DNA of 64,000 nucleotides from Candidatus Woesebacteria bacterium RIFCSPHIGHO2_01_FULL_39_23 (GCA_001792305.1 MGGH01000023.1:34347-98346), one strand, 5' to 3'; positions 29,085 to 39,627 are shown, counted from the stretch's first letter. Translations and numbers: made by a program. The notes: generated by a model not told the origin, from the letters alone.

Positions 29085-30764
29085 CTACATCCACTGATCT
29101 AATTCATTATGATGAACTTGTGCGTTAACTTCAAAGCTATATGTATTGTCTGGCACTTCATATGAATAGTAAAATTCCTCGCTTCCGGGCTTTTTACTGG
29201 TTACTTCTGTATCCCAAGTGTTTGAATTTACTCTAAATCTGGCTTTATCTATAGTTCCCGAAGATGTGGTGCCCAAAACAGTGAAGTACACTTTATCTCC
29301 TTTTTTAAGATTCGAAAGATCAGCGCTTGTCAGAGCTTCCCAATTTGAAGGATCAGTTACACTTCCCGTAACCGAGTAAGCTTTGATGTCCACACATTGA
29401 GCGTTAATGCAGGTAATTGGGGTAGCCGTAGGTGTTGGAGTCGCTTCCTGCTTTTTAACACAAACATTGAAATTCGAACTGTCTCCGCCGTTATCAAAAA
29501 TCATCTGGGTTGCAGTTTTATCCAACTTCTGGGAAGCCCATTTATTACCACCCGTTACTGTTAAACTTATGCCGTTTATTGACCACGGTTGCTCTCCTGA
29601 TTTGGGGTCGTTATCAAAAATCAAAGCTGTGTCGAGAAGCACAGAACTTGGAAAGTCGACAGTGATCTTTTTACAATATTGTGCCAAGAGTACCCCGTTT
29701 TTGGAGATTACAGTACATGATCCTTGCTGTGAACTTATTGTGCCTCCCTGGGCAACAGTACCCCCAACACGCAGTTGTTGTCCTAAATTAGAGAATAACA
29801 ATTCAGTACCAGATGGGCAGGAAAGATTTGGAGTCGAAGTTGGAGTCGGTGACGGTGTACCACAGTTGGATGGGTAATGCTCTCCTTTTATTCTACCTTG
29901 GCCTGACACATCTATATACATAAGTGTTACATTGGGCGTTAGATCTCCTTGCCAGTTCTGACTTGCAGATTCACCTGGGCCAAGACTAAATTCCTTTTTA
30001 AAGTAGGGGTCAAACTGTTCAAATATACCGCTTATTTTATGATTATCATTGTCATCATTGTCATTATTATTATCATCATCGTCATCATCCGATGTGTTTT
30101 TAATAAAAGCTCCGCTGCAATCTATCCGCGTCTCGTATTTAGGAGGTTTTGGAGTTTCTTTCGGTCCGTAAGTTCCACTGTCGCTGCAATCTTTAGAGCC
30201 AATTACTTGCCAGCTAAAACCGTTGTCAGGGACAGAAACGTTACCTAAAGTTGATTCTTCGTCTGATTTCAAATTTGGTACATCAAAAGTAGCGACCTCA
30301 ACTGAATTTATAAAAACTTTAGCTTTTTGCAGTGGCTCGTCCATACTAGAGTCATTTTTGACAGTAACAACCCCGTCTTGACTGACCCTGAAATTATATT
30401 TTTCGCAGTCCCAGGCGCTTGTGCGAAACTGGGTGGGCTGGCGTACAAGAACAACCCCAGCGCCAACACCAAGGACCAATAGTGCTATTCCAAGAATTGT
30501 CGCAATTATCCTTCCACTTGAACTACGACTACGCCCACCGGAGGTGGAGCCTGAGCCCTCGGCAATTACTGTGTGATTGTCAATAAGTGGAGGCGACTCT
30601 TCAATTGGGATATTGGGTTTAGACAAAGGTGTTACCGTACCTTGGCTTTGGCTTAAGGTTTTGTCAGCTGGTTGGGTCGGGTTACTTTGGGGTAGTGGGG
30701 GTGGAGCCATAAAATCAGCGCCATTCTGATTCTGATCACTTGGACTTGTTATTTTTGGGTCCAT
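29085..30764 (-). CDS. Membrane-anchored, Cys-containing surface protein
   Basis: Pro-rich N-terminus, single TM, PTPT linkers, Asp/Asn run. Confidence 0.75.
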   Translation of the reverse strand: MDPKITSPSDQNQNGADFMAPPPLPQSNPTQPADKTLSQSQGTVTPLSKPNIPIEESPPLIDNHTVIAEGSGSTSGGRSRSSSGRIIATILGIALLVLGVGAGVVLVRQPTQFRTSAWDCEKYNFRVSQDGVVTVKNDSSMDEPLQKAKVFINSVEVATFDVPNLKSDEESTLGNVSVPDNGFSWQVIGSKDCSDSGTYGPKETPKPPKYETRIDCSGAFIKNTSDDDDDDNNNDNDDNDNHKISGIFEQFDPYFKKEFSLGPGESASQNWQGDLTPNVTLMYIDVSGQGRIKGEHYPSNCGTPSPTPTSTPNLSCPSGTELLFSNLGQQLRVGGTVAQGGTISSQQGSCTVISKNGVLLAQYCKKITVDFPSSVLLDTALIFDNDPKSGEQPWSINGISLTVTGGNKWASQKLDKTATQMIFDNGGDSSNFNVCVKKQEATPTPTATPITCINAQCVDIKAYSVTGSVTDPSNWEALTSADLSNLKKGDKVYFTVLGTTSSGTIDKARFRVNSNTWDTEVTSKKPGSEEFYYSYEVPDNTYSFEVNAQVHHNELDQWM

Positions 30765-31816
30765 TATTCTCTTATCTTTCTACCCACATAAACACCTATT
30801 AAAAATAGGCTTACTCCCATGATAGGGGCGACAAAAACTGGTGTCAAGTCGCTTAAAGTTTTATTTTTACTACTGGAATCTGTTTTTGAGGGTGTTATTA
30901 ATGTATAAGAGTTATCGCTGGTTGTAAGCTTTTCGAAAACAGGCTCTGTTGTGGGAGTTGTTGTTGACTCGGGTATCTCCAAAGTCTCAATTTCGTTGTC
31001 CGAGTTCTCGACGGAAAACCCTGAAGGTTGGGTTTCATTTTTTGAAAGATCAATTTTTGCTCTTGTGATTTCGAGTGTTGGCGAAGTCGATTTGTCCCTA
31101 AAATCTTGTGCTTTACCAATGACAATGGGTGGAATTGGGTTTGCATTGCCGGTGTAGAAAACGGCTGAGGCAATTCCATCGCTACCTGTGTGGACAAAGA
31201 CTTCAAGTGTCCTTCTGGAACCGATGTCAAAATATGAAAGTAGATCTTGTTTTCTTGATATAGATAAGGGAATAAACCAGTTACCATTATCGGTGGTAAT
31301 AGTCGAAAGAGGGCTAATATTTTCTCCAGACAAAAGAACCAAGGCCTTTGATACTGGAGCGCCGTTTTCGTTAATGACAGATCCCGATATTATCTCGGTA
31401 TGTTTGGGTGGGGGAAGCGGGGGGGCAGTTTTTACTTCCCAAGATTTCCCGGCGCTATCGAATTCAATGTCTCCTGAAACTATTTTAAATGAGTACATGG
31501 TGTCTGGCGACAAATTGTTGATGGTGATAAAATGCACCATTTCAAATGTAGGAGGGTTGTTTCCTGTTACATTTTCCAACGTATTTTCTTTTCCCCAAAC
31601 CAAAAACCCGCTGGTTTTTGCGTTAGTTAACCATGACACTGTGAAAGAGCTGTCTGTGATGTTTGTGATCCTTATATCTTGTGCGGTGACACCCTCGCCT
31701 ACTTTAGTAGTATAGCCTTGAAGATATTTAATAAGGAGCGCTATCCCTACAAAAGTAACGAACATGATTGGTAACGCCAAAATAGTTGGGATTTTAAATG
31801 GCCCTTTCTTTTTCAT
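30764..31816 (-). CDS. Fibronectin type III-like surface protein
   Basis: ITNITDSSFTVSWLT...HFITINNLSPDTMYSF; N- and C-terminal TMs. Confidence 0.8.
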   Translation of the reverse strand: MKKKGPFKIPTILALPIMFVTFVGIALLIKYLQGYTTKVGEGVTAQDIRITNITDSSFTVSWLTNAKTSGFLVWGKENTLENVTGNNPPTFEMVHFITINNLSPDTMYSFKIVSGDIEFDSAGKSWEVKTAPPLPPPKHTEIISGSVINENGAPVSKALVLLSGENISPLSTITTDNGNWFIPLSISRKQDLLSYFDIGSRRTLEVFVHTGSDGIASAVFYTGNANPIPPIVIGKAQDFRDKSTSPTLEITRAKIDLSKNETQPSGFSVENSDNEIETLEIPESTTTPTTEPVFEKLTTSDNSYTLITPSKTDSSSKNKTLSDLTPVFVAPIMGVSLFLIGVYVGRKIRE

Positions 31817-31822
31817 TAGTAG

Positions 31823-32116
31823 TTAGGATACCTCCGTGTTTTCCTGCTCTTCTGTTGTTGGTGGTTCAGGAGTTGGTTTTGGTTGTGGTTTGAAGACATT
31901 AAGCTCATCTTCGTTTAGGTAAACTCTTTTTTCAAGCTTGTCAAGTAATAAGGTATCTAAAGTCGGATTAAGTGACTCGAGAACCTGGGGCGGTACATCC
32001 GGCTCCGGCTTGGATATTACAATTCTAACAACTTCGAATCCCACCCAAAGAATTGTTGTGATAAGCGTTAGTGCCATAATTGTGACAAGCCCTGGCACTT
32101 TTATTCTTTTTCTCAT
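31823..32116 (-). CDS. Small single-TM protein in the pilN-pilO operon
   Basis: 97 aa, overlaps the pilO stop. Confidence 0.7.
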   Translation of the reverse strand: MRKRIKVPGLVTIMALTLITTILWVGFEVVRIVISKPEPDVPPQVLESLNPTLDTLLLDKLEKRVYLNEDELNVFKPQPKPTPEPPTTEEQENTEVS

Positions 32117-32784
32117 TCTTTTACCCCTTCTCCCTCAAATGCTACGCGGCCTTTTAGCATCAAAGATCTTGTGCTACCCTCGTCAGTTTCGATCAGAATT
32201 AAATTTGTTTCGTCTATCCAGATTGGTCTTCGAAGATTTTCGATATTCTCAAGAAAAGCGATTAGTTGGGAATAGTTACCATTAGCTGAGCTTGAGAATG
32301 AAAATCCACTAGACCCGGGTGGAAGTTCTTCAAGCTCTTCGGTTTTTGATTTCTGGACCGGCTTCTGGGCCCCTTTTATTGTGGTTTCCTCGATTTTGAG
32401 GTTGGTGAGAAGCACATTGCTTTTTAACGATATTGATTCGATTTGTCTCACATATTTTTCAACCTCTGTGTTTTTAGGAACACTGTCATCGAGAAGCAGA
32501 ATCCTGTCGATTTGTTGATTATAAAGATTTTGCGCCTGGTCAAGGTTATCTCTTTTTCTTTTGAGAGTTTCTAAAGTTTCTTCTTTGGTGCTGATATCTT
32601 TAAGTATATGGGTGATGGTAATAATTGTTGGTCTTAAAGCAAAGGCCACAAAAAAAGTTATTGTTGCCAGAGATAGGATTATTTCTAAGAATGCTTTAAC
32701 ATCGTCTCTGTTTTTGTATACTGCAAAGAGATTCGAGAAATAGCGCTGGTATCTTACGTAGTCCTTTCGCCAGCCTACAGCCAT
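32113..32784 (-). CDS. pilO: Type IV pilus PilO-like protein
   Basis: TM, coiled coil, GNYSQLIAFLENIENLRR. Confidence 0.75.
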   Translation of the reverse strand: MAVGWRKDYVRYQRYFSNLFAVYKNRDDVKAFLEIILSLATITFFVAFALRPTIITITHILKDISTKEETLETLKRKRDNLDQAQNLYNQQIDRILLLDDSVPKNTEVEKYVRQIESISLKSNVLLTNLKIEETTIKGAQKPVQKSKTEELEELPPGSSGFSFSSSANGNYSQLIAFLENIENLRRPIWIDETNLILIETDEGSTRSLMLKGRVAFEGEGVKE

Positions 32785-33345
32785 TTAAATGTTTTCCTCC
32801 TTTTTAATTTTTGAACTGATTGAAAAATCTATAAATGGAGACTCTTGCTTGGATGATATTTGTGTAAGGTTAATCTCTGTTAATTTGCTTGTGGAGTTCA
32901 GATTTGAAATAAACTGGGCGATTGATTGCTCTGTAAAACTTGAGCCCTGGATGTCGATTTCCCCTCTTGATATTGAAATACTTTTAAGCAGAATATCTGA
33001 TGGGAGGTATGGTGTAATATAGTTCTTGATTGTATCGGAATGTAGGGGACTTGTGGTAAATTGTGCAAACACTCCCAGTCTTTTTTGTGTATTCCTGAAA
33101 ACCGCTTCGAAATCACTGTAGGATTCAACTATTTCTCTTTCGTTATCTACCTCGTCTGTTAAGTCGTTTGATTTTATATCAAGCCAAAACCTAGATAAAA
33201 AAGCAATGATGACTATCATTTCGGTCAGGATAACAATCATTCTGAAGGTAGAAAGCACCCAAGCTAGAACACGGCCGGTTGTTGATGCGGCAAATTGTTC
33301 TTGGGGGAGTAAGTTTATTTCTTTGTTTTTTTTACGAGCAGCCAT
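32785..33345 (-). CDS. pilN: Type IV pilus PilN-like protein
   Basis: INLLP (PilM-binding motif), TM, coiled coil, LPSDILL...IQGSS...FISNL. Confidence 0.8.
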   Translation of the reverse strand: MAARKKNKEINLLPQEQFAASTTGRVLAWVLSTFRMIVILTEMIVIIAFLSRFWLDIKSNDLTDEVDNEREIVESYSDFEAVFRNTQKRLGVFAQFTTSPLHSDTIKNYITPYLPSDILLKSISISRGEIDIQGSSFTEQSIAQFISNLNSTSKLTEINLTQISSKQESPFIDFSISSKIKKEENI

Positions 33346-33382
33346 ACTCTAGATCTCAATATAACACATGGTAGATCAGGAA

Positions 33383-33433
33383 ATATACTCTTCTTACTCG
33401 AGTTTACAACTCTCGTAAGAGATTATGATCCCC
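33383..33433 (+). repeat. 51-nt imperfect hairpin element, family D, copy 1
   Basis: 48/51 identical to the reverse complement of 58021..58071. Confidence 0.9.
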
Positions 33434-33485
33434 AATTTTACTATTATTAACTTCAAGTTAAGGTAAAATTGGTATAAATGAAGAG

Positions 33486-33776
33486 TTATTTCTTTTTGGA
33501 ATTTTTAGTTTTTTGGGGAAGAGATTTTTTAACCCTCGGCTTTCTGGGTAGTAGTCTGGACAAAGAAGATTTCATACGTGCTGCCTTATTTTTGTGAATA
33601 ATATGTTTTTTTGCTGTGCGGTCGATCGTCGACACCGCAGCGATAATATCCTTTTCTTTCTTACTCTTTTGCGCAACCCGCAGTAAGACTTCAAGTTTTG
33701 TGACTAATTTTTTGTTAATGTTTTCTTTTCTTTTACTGGATCGCTGCGCCCTTTTGGCCGTTTTAGTTACAGGCAT
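33486..33776 (-). CDS. rpsT: 30S ribosomal protein S20
   Basis: MPVTKTAKRAQR...IDRTAKKHIIHKNKAARMKS; start re-called, TATACT 6 nt upstream. Confidence 0.92.
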   Translation of the reverse strand: MPVTKTAKRAQRSSKRKENINKKLVTKLEVLLRVAQKSKKEKDIIAAVSTIDRTAKKHIIHKNKAARMKSSLSRLLPRKPRVKKSLPQKTKNSKKK

Positions 33777-33812
33777 GAGTGAAGTATAATTCAAGGAAGG
33801 TTTTATTTCAAT

Positions 33813-35540
33813 ATGAACACGATACTTAAAAAAGGAAAGCAAATTCTTCTCTCACAGCAGTCCAGTGTGATCTCTGCTGCCAGTGTTATCATGCTGATGG
33901 TTGTCGCCTCAAGAATATTGGGTTTAGTTCGCCAAAGAGTTCTGGCACACTTCTTCTTGCCCGAGGAACTTTCATTGTTTTTTGCTGCATTTAGACTTCC
34001 TGATCTTCTTTTTGAAGTGTTGGTTTTTGGGACATTCTCCTCAGCGTTTATTCCAGTTTTTACCAAGTCGTTAAAAAAAGGAGACACCCTTGCTTGGGAC
34101 ATAGCGGGACGAGTGGTTAATATTGGTCTGGTTATCTTCATCCCGATAGCTATTATTTTTTCTTTTAACGCAGAGGCAATATATTCATATGTTGCTCCGG
34201 GATTTTCAGTTGAAGAGATACAAATAATAGCATCCATTGCCAGAGTATTGTTCGCTGCACAAGCCTTTTTTGTGGTTAGCTACGTATTAACTGGGGTACT
34301 CGAGTCTCTAAGAATTTTTTTAGTACCTGCTTTGGCGCCGGTTTTTTATAATCTTGGGATAATAGCTGGAACTGTGCTTTTTACCAATAGTTTGGGGCTT
34401 TTTGCTCCGGCAGTTGGTGTGCTTCTTGGAGCAGCCTCACATTTTTTTGTCCAGCTTCCAGCCTCAGTTAAGTTAGGTTTTCGATTTAGTAATCAAGTGC
34501 GACCAAATGATGAAGTCAGAAAAATCGGGCGGCTTGCTTTACCTCGTGTAGTCGATCTTTCTTTCCAGCAAGTAGCCAAAACTGTTGAGCTTTATTTTGC
34601 GTCGCTTATCTCAACAGCTTCCTACACTTATTTTACTTTTGCAAATACTTTACAGCTACTGCCTGTTGGACTTTTTGGAATATCAATTGCAAAGGCAGCG
34701 CTCCCTACCCTTTCAAGAATAGAAAATGATAGTGCGGAGTTTAAAAAGACTTTGTTTTCAATATTTAACCAAATGATATTTTTGATCACCCCTTTTGCCA
34801 CAATGTTAATAATAATAAGGATTCCTTTTGTTCGCTTAGTTTATGGTACAGATATTTTCGGTTGGGAGGCTACAGTGCAGACCGGAATGGTTCTGTCGTC
34901 TTTTGGTGTGGGGGTGGTTTTTCAAGCAGCTGTTGCCCTTTTGTCAAGAGCTTTCTATGCACTCCATGACACGAAGACTCCTGTGGTTGCTTCAGTTATT
35001 AGTATTTTTTTTAATGTTTTTGCAAGTTTTTATTTTATTAAAATCTTAAAATTTGAAGTCTGGTCGTTAGCCTTGTCATTCTCGCTCTCAATGATATTGC
35101 AGACCGTTTTACTCTTTTACCTTTTGGTAAAAAAGGTTAATCATACAGACTGGAAAAAGCTTTTTATACCTTTATCTAAAATTTTTGCCGCCGCGTCTAT
35201 TTCCGGATTTGTAATGTATTTTCTGCTCAAGTTTTTTGACCGTTACACTTGGGTAAAAAGGCTTTCATTTTTGGAAAGAATTGATGCGGAGTCTATTGCT
35301 TTTGAAAAGTTCGTTTTGGATACCCGTTACACGTTAAATCTTTTATTTTTGACGGTAGCGGTTGGGCTTATAGGATTTATTGTTTATATTTTTGTTTCCT
35401 GGATTTTGAAATCTCAAGAACTTAAAGTCTTTGTTAGCCTGGCTAGAAAGTTCACACTCAAAAGTACTGCTTTTTTGTCAGGTGCTTCAATGCCTCCCAA
35501 GGAACAGGAACCTATTACAAGTACAGATAGTGACTCTTGA
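33813..35540 (+). CDS. murJ: Lipid II flippase MurJ
   Basis: SRILGLVR, FAAFRLPD, FSSAFIPVF, RAFYALHDTKTP. Confidence 0.93.
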   Translation: MNTILKKGKQILLSQQSSVISAASVIMLMVVASRILGLVRQRVLAHFFLPEELSLFFAAFRLPDLLFEVLVFGTFSSAFIPVFTKSLKKGDTLAWDIAGRVVNIGLVIFIPIAIIFSFNAEAIYSYVAPGFSVEEIQIIASIARVLFAAQAFFVVSYVLTGVLESLRIFLVPALAPVFYNLGIIAGTVLFTNSLGLFAPAVGVLLGAASHFFVQLPASVKLGFRFSNQVRPNDEVRKIGRLALPRVVDLSFQQVAKTVELYFASLISTASYTYFTFANTLQLLPVGLFGISIAKAALPTLSRIENDSAEFKKTLFSIFNQMIFLITPFATMLIIIRIPFVRLVYGTDIFGWEATVQTGMVLSSFGVGVVFQAAVALLSRAFYALHDTKTPVVASVISIFFNVFASFYFIKILKFEVWSLALSFSLSMILQTVLLFYLLVKKVNHTDWKKLFIPLSKIFAAASISGFVMYFLLKFFDRYTWVKRLSFLERIDAESIAFEKFVLDTRYTLNLLFLTVAVGLIGFIVYIFVSWILKSQELKVFVSLARKFTLKSTAFLSGASMPPKEQEPITSTDSDS

Positions 35541-35574
35541 CAACTAGTTAGCACTCGTGATATATAAGTGCTAA
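35537..35574 (+). promoter_or_regulatory. CIRCE operator overlapping a sigma70-type promoter of the hrcA operon
   Basis: TTAGCACTC-N9-AAGTGCTAA at 35548..35574 (1 mismatch to consensus); TTGACA at 35537..35542. Confidence 0.92.
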
Positions 35575-35599
35575 CCCTTCGGCTAACGCTCAGGGTAAA
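35574..35599 (+). repeat. Palindromic element, family B, between CIRCE and hrcA
   Basis: ACCCTTCGGCTAACGCTCAGGGTAAA; same arms as 16098..16122. Confidence 0.8.
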
Positions 35600-35611
35600 T
35601 TATATAATCAT

Positions 35612-36340
35612 ATGAAGGATAACCTGACGGTGAGGCAATTACAATTGCTTAAAGTTTTGATAGATGAGTATATCGAAACAGCTGAGCCTGTTGGTTCTCA
35701 AGTACTTGAAAAAAAGTACTCCCTTGGGATTTCTTCAGCCACAATCAGAAATGAGATGGCGGCTTTGATAGACAAAGGTTTCCTAAAGCAGCCTCACACA
35801 TCAGCGGGCCGCGTGCCGACTCCTAAAGCCATGAAGTTTTACATAGATCAGCTTATGGAAGAGAAACACTTGAGCCTGACAGACGAGGTCAGGGCAAAAG
35901 AAGAAATAGCTACCCACAAAGGTGATATTGAGGGGATAATTGATGAGGCTACGCATGGTTTGGCCAAGCGAACTCATACACTAGCTGTTTCCGCACTAAA
36001 CGATGGGAGTACTTGGCATGCGGGTTATGCCAGTTTATTTGGAAACCCCGGATTTTCAGATCTATCAGTTTGCAGGAGCGTCTTTGGACTGATTGAAGAA
36101 ACTAAAAAGATGCACGAGCTTTTCTTTGAAAGGCTTGAGTTTGAGTCTCCTGTTGAAGTTTTGTTTGGTGAGGAACTGGGGTGGAGATTTTTTGAGCCGG
36201 TGGGCGTAGTCGCCAGAAGGTTTAACGCAGGAGGAAAAACTGGCGCAATTGGAGTTATTGGCCCACTTGGGTTTGATTATCCGTATATAATACCGACTGT
36301 CAGATATTTTGGCGATCTGATTGAAGAGTTGTCCGTGTGA
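35612..36340 (+). CDS. hrcA: Heat-inducible transcription repressor HrcA (short form)
   Basis: YIETAEPVGS, SSATIRNEM, QPHTSAGRVPT, IGVIGP. Confidence 0.95.
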   Translation: MKDNLTVRQLQLLKVLIDEYIETAEPVGSQVLEKKYSLGISSATIRNEMAALIDKGFLKQPHTSAGRVPTPKAMKFYIDQLMEEKHLSLTDEVRAKEEIATHKGDIEGIIDEATHGLAKRTHTLAVSALNDGSTWHAGYASLFGNPGFSDLSVCRSVFGLIEETKKMHELFFERLEFESPVEVLFGEELGWRFFEPVGVVARRFNAGGKTGAIGVIGPLGFDYPYIIPTVRYFGDLIEELSV

Positions 36341-36825
36341 TGAAAAAAGACAAGATAAAAAACAAAGAAATAGTAGCGGAACTTAAGGGGCAACTAGCAA
36401 GAGCACTAGCAGATTACGACAACTTAAGAAAAAGGACTGAGGAAGAACGCCAGGCACTTTACAAGTATTCTAGCCAGAGAATAATAGCCAGGTTTTTGCC
36501 GCTTTTTGATATGTTTGAGGCTGCCCAGAATCACATTAACGATTCCGGATTAGCAATTGCGATTAAGGAATGTAGAGACCTGCTTAAAGAGGAAGGTGTT
36601 AATGAAATTCAGGCAGGAGAAGGAGAGCAATTTGATGAAAATACTCAAGATGTGGTAGAGGTTGTAGAAGGTGGTCAAAAGGGTAAAATTAAGGAAGTTG
36701 TTTTAAAAGGTTACAAATATAGCGACGGCTACATAATAAGGCATGCTAAAGTAAAAGTATATGGAGGTTTGACAGAAAAGCAAAAAGACGAGAATATAAA
36801 AAAGGAGGAAAAAAATAATGGGTAA
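36340..36825 (+). CDS. grpE: Nucleotide exchange factor GrpE
   Basis: [16 protein letters not shown]...IRHAKVKV. Confidence 0.93.
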   Translation: MKKDKIKNKEIVAELKGQLARALADYDNLRKRTEEERQALYKYSSQRIIARFLPLFDMFEAAQNHINDSGLAIAIKECRDLLKEEGVNEIQAGEGEQFDENTQDVVEVVEGGQKGKIKEVVLKGYKYSDGYIIRHAKVKVYGGLTEKQKDENIKKEEKNNG

Positions 36826-38740
36826 AATAATTGGTATTGATCTCGGAACTACAAATAGTGTTGTTGCCGTGATGGAAGGCGGCAGACCAAAAGTTATTGC
36901 AGCGGCGGATACTGGACGAAACATTACACCATCTGTTGTCGAGCCTGTCAAAAACCTGGTCGGAGATGTGGCTAAAAGACAAATGATCTTAAACCCCAAA
37001 AATACAATTTATTCGATTAAAAGACTAATGGGAAGAAGGAAGGGAGACGACGAGGTAAAGAGGACAGAGAAAATGGTTCCCTACACAATTACTTCAGGCA
37101 AAGATAGCATGGCGGCGGTTGAAGTGGAAGGAAAGACTTACACTCCCCAGGAAATTTCGGCAATGATTTTGGCTAAGCTTAAGAAAGACGCCGAAACTCA
37201 TCTTGGAGAAAAAGTTGAGCAGGCAGTAATTACAGTCCCCGCCTATTTTGACGACAGCCAGCGCCAGGCAACAAAACAAGCAGGAGAGATTGCGGGCCTT
37301 AAAGTTGAGAGGATAATTAATGAGCCTACAGCAGCTGCTTTAGCATACGGGCTTGATAAGGGAAAATCGGAAAAAATTGCAGTGTATGATCTTGGGGGTG
37401 GAACTTTTGATATTTCAGTCCTTGAGCTGGGTGACGGGGTTTTTGAGGTTAAAGCAACAAATGGAGACACTCATCTTGGTGGAGATGACTTCGACGCAGT
37501 GATTGTTGACTATATAGTAACGGAATTTAAGAAAGAAAACGCGGTTGACCTAAAGGCCGATAAACAAGCGTTGCAAAGAGTCAGAGATGCTGCTGAGAAA
37601 GCAAAGATTGAGCTTTCCGCGGCCTCCGAAATCGAAATAAACCAGCCTTACATTACTCAAAAAGACGGCAACCCCCTTCATTTAACAATGAAGCTAACTC
37701 GTGCCAAGCTCGAGAGCTTGGTTGAAGAGTTAATTGAGAAGACCTTTAAACCAGTTGAATCTTGTCTTAAGGACGCAAAACTTGACCCCCATGACATAAA
37801 CGAAGTGATCTTGGTTGGTGGTATGACCAGGATGCCAAAGGTAATTGAAAGAGTAAAGGAATATTTCGGCAAAGAGGCCAATAAATCAGTCAATCCGGAT
37901 GAAGTAGTTGCAGTGGGTGCAGCGATTCAAGCAGGGGTTTTGGCTGGGGATGTGAAAGATATATTACTTTTGGATGTGACACCATTGACTTTGGGAATAG
38001 AGACTTTGGGGGGAGTTGCGACTCCGATGATAACTAGAAACACGACAATTCCGGCTTCTAAGACTGAAACATTCTCAACTGCTGCTGATAATCAAACTCA
38101 AGTTGAGATTCATGTAACTCAGGGTGAGCGTCCGATGTCGGCCGATAATAAATCATTGGGAAGATTTATTTTGGACGGAATTCCGCCTTCGCCTAGGGGA
38201 GTACCTCAAGTCGAGGTCACATTTGATATCGATGCATCTGGGATACTCAAAGTTACTGCAAAAGATAAAGCGACAGGTAAGAGCCAAAACATTACGATAA
38301 CAGGTGCTGTTGGTTTATCTGATGACGAAGTCAAAAGGATGCAGGAAGAAGCGGAGAAGCACAAAGACGAAGACACTAAAAAGTCGGAACTAATTACTGC
38401 CAGGAATCATGCTGATGCAATGGTAGCTACAGCTGAAAAAGCCTTGAAAGATGCTGGGGATAAAGTCGCCAAAGAAATTAGAGAAAAAGTTGAGGAGAAA
38501 ATTAAAGCAGTTAAGGATGTAAAAGATTCTGATAAGAAAGACGAGATTGAGTCTAAAACAAAAGATCTTTCCGAAACTCTTTCACAAATTGGTCAAGCGA
38601 TGTATTCCTCCACAGCTAAAGCTACGGAGGACAAGGGGGCTACAAAGGGGAAAACCAACGGTCCTGAGCCAGCCGAAGGAAAGAAAGCTCCAAAAGACGG
38701 CGACAAAGCCGAAGCGGAAGAAGGGGAGGTAGTATCATAG
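36818..38740 (+). CDS. dnaK: Chaperone DnaK
   Basis: [33 protein letters not shown]. Confidence 0.98.
   Translation: MGKIIGIDLGTTNSVVAVMEGGRPKVIAAADTGRNITPSVVEPVKNLVGDVAKRQMILNPKNTIYSIKRLMGRRKGDDEVKRTEKMVPYTITSGKDSMAAVEVEGKTYTPQEISAMILAKLKKDAETHLGEKVEQAVITVPAYFDDSQRQATKQAGEIAGLKVERIINEPTAAALAYGLDKGKSEKIAVYDLGGGTFDISVLELGDGVFEVKATNGDTHLGGDDFDAVIVDYIVTEFKKENAVDLKADKQALQRVRDAAEKAKIELSAASEIEINQPYITQKDGNPLHLTMKLTRAKLESLVEELIEKTFKPVESCLKDAKLDPHDINEVILVGGMTRMPKVIERVKEYFGKEANKSVNPDEVVAVGAAIQAGVLAGDVKDILLLDVTPLTLGIETLGGVATPMITRNTTIPASKTETFSTAADNQTQVEIHVTQGERPMSADNKSLGRFILDGIPPSPRGVPQVEVTFDIDASGILKVTAKDKATGKSQNITITGAVGLSDDEVKRMQEEAEKHKDEDTKKSELITARNHADAMVATAEKALKDAGDKVAKEIREKVEEKIKAVKDVKDSDKKDEIESKTKDLSETLSQIGQAMYSSTAKATEDKGATKGKTNGPEPAEGKKAPKDGDKAEAEEGEVVS
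38606..38635 (+). repeat. 30-nt palindromic element, family A, in frame in the dnaK tail
   Basis: TCCTCC-ACAGCTAAAGCTAC-GGAGGA-CAAG; encodes [10 protein letters not shown]. Confidence 0.75.
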
Positions 38741-38741
38741 T

Positions 38742-39620
38742 GTGGCAGCAGCGAAAGCAGACTACTACGATATCCTTGGAGTATCAAAAAACTCTTCTCA
38801 GGACGAGATAAAGAAAGCCTATAGAAAGCAGGCTCTGGAATGGCACCCGGACCGCCATAAGGACGACAAAGAGGCAGCAGAGAAGCGCTTCAAAGAAATT
38901 AACGAGGCTTATCAGGTATTATCTGATTCCAAGAAACGTCAGACTTATGACCAATTTGGTCATAGTGCATTTTCTCCTGGAGGTGGATTCGCTGGTCAAG
39001 AAAGTCCTTTTGGACAAGGCGGACAGTATGGGCCATTTACCTATACTTATTATTCAAGTGACGGCGGAAAGGGTTCGCCTTTTGCAAGTTTTGATTTTGG
39101 CGATCCGTTTGACATTTTCGAACAATTCTTCGGAGGATCGCCTTTTAGGCGTGCCCGCGCAAAACCCCGTTATAGTATGACGATTGCTTTTGATGACGCG
39201 GTACGTGGGGCAACAAAGGAAGTTCAGATAGAAGGCAAGAAAAGAAAAATTAAAGTCCCCGCAGGAGTTGATGATGGTTCAAGAATAGAATTTGATGATT
39301 TTATTCTTTCAATAAACGTTAAACCAGATCCGAAATTTGAGCGAGACGGAGCAGATATTTATTTTAGAGAGAATATCAGTTTTACGACAGCCGCATTGGG
39401 CGGAGAGGTCGAAGTGCCAACTGTTGATGACAGGGTGAAACTTCGAATCCGCCCAGGGACAAAGTCGGGTACGATGATTCGTCTTCGGGAAAAAGGGATG
39501 CCTAATCTTCGCGGGTCTGGTCGTGGCGACCAATATGTTCGAATTACAGTCGACGTCCCCGAAAGACTCACTGGTGGCCAAAAACGCCTTTTGGAAGAAT
39601 TGAGAAGGGAAGGAATATAA
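38742..39620 (+). CDS. dnaJ: DnaJ-class co-chaperone lacking the zinc finger
   Basis: J-domain HPD, G/F region, C-terminal domain, no CxxCxGxG; GTG start. Confidence 0.9.
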   Translation: MAAAKADYYDILGVSKNSSQDEIKKAYRKQALEWHPDRHKDDKEAAEKRFKEINEAYQVLSDSKKRQTYDQFGHSAFSPGGGFAGQESPFGQGGQYGPFTYTYYSSDGGKGSPFASFDFGDPFDIFEQFFGGSPFRRARAKPRYSMTIAFDDAVRGATKEVQIEGKKRKIKVPAGVDDGSRIEFDDFILSINVKPDPKFERDGADIYFRENISFTTAALGGEVEVPTVDDRVKLRIRPGTKSGTMIRLREKGMPNLRGSGRGDQYVRITVDVPERLTGGQKRLLEELRREGI

Positions 39621-39627
39621 TTTTAAA

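Noticed and set aside
30040-30092. Asp/Asn trinucleotide run (DDDDDDNNNDNDDNDN)
   Set aside because: Ordinary in-frame low-complexity linker in a surface protein.
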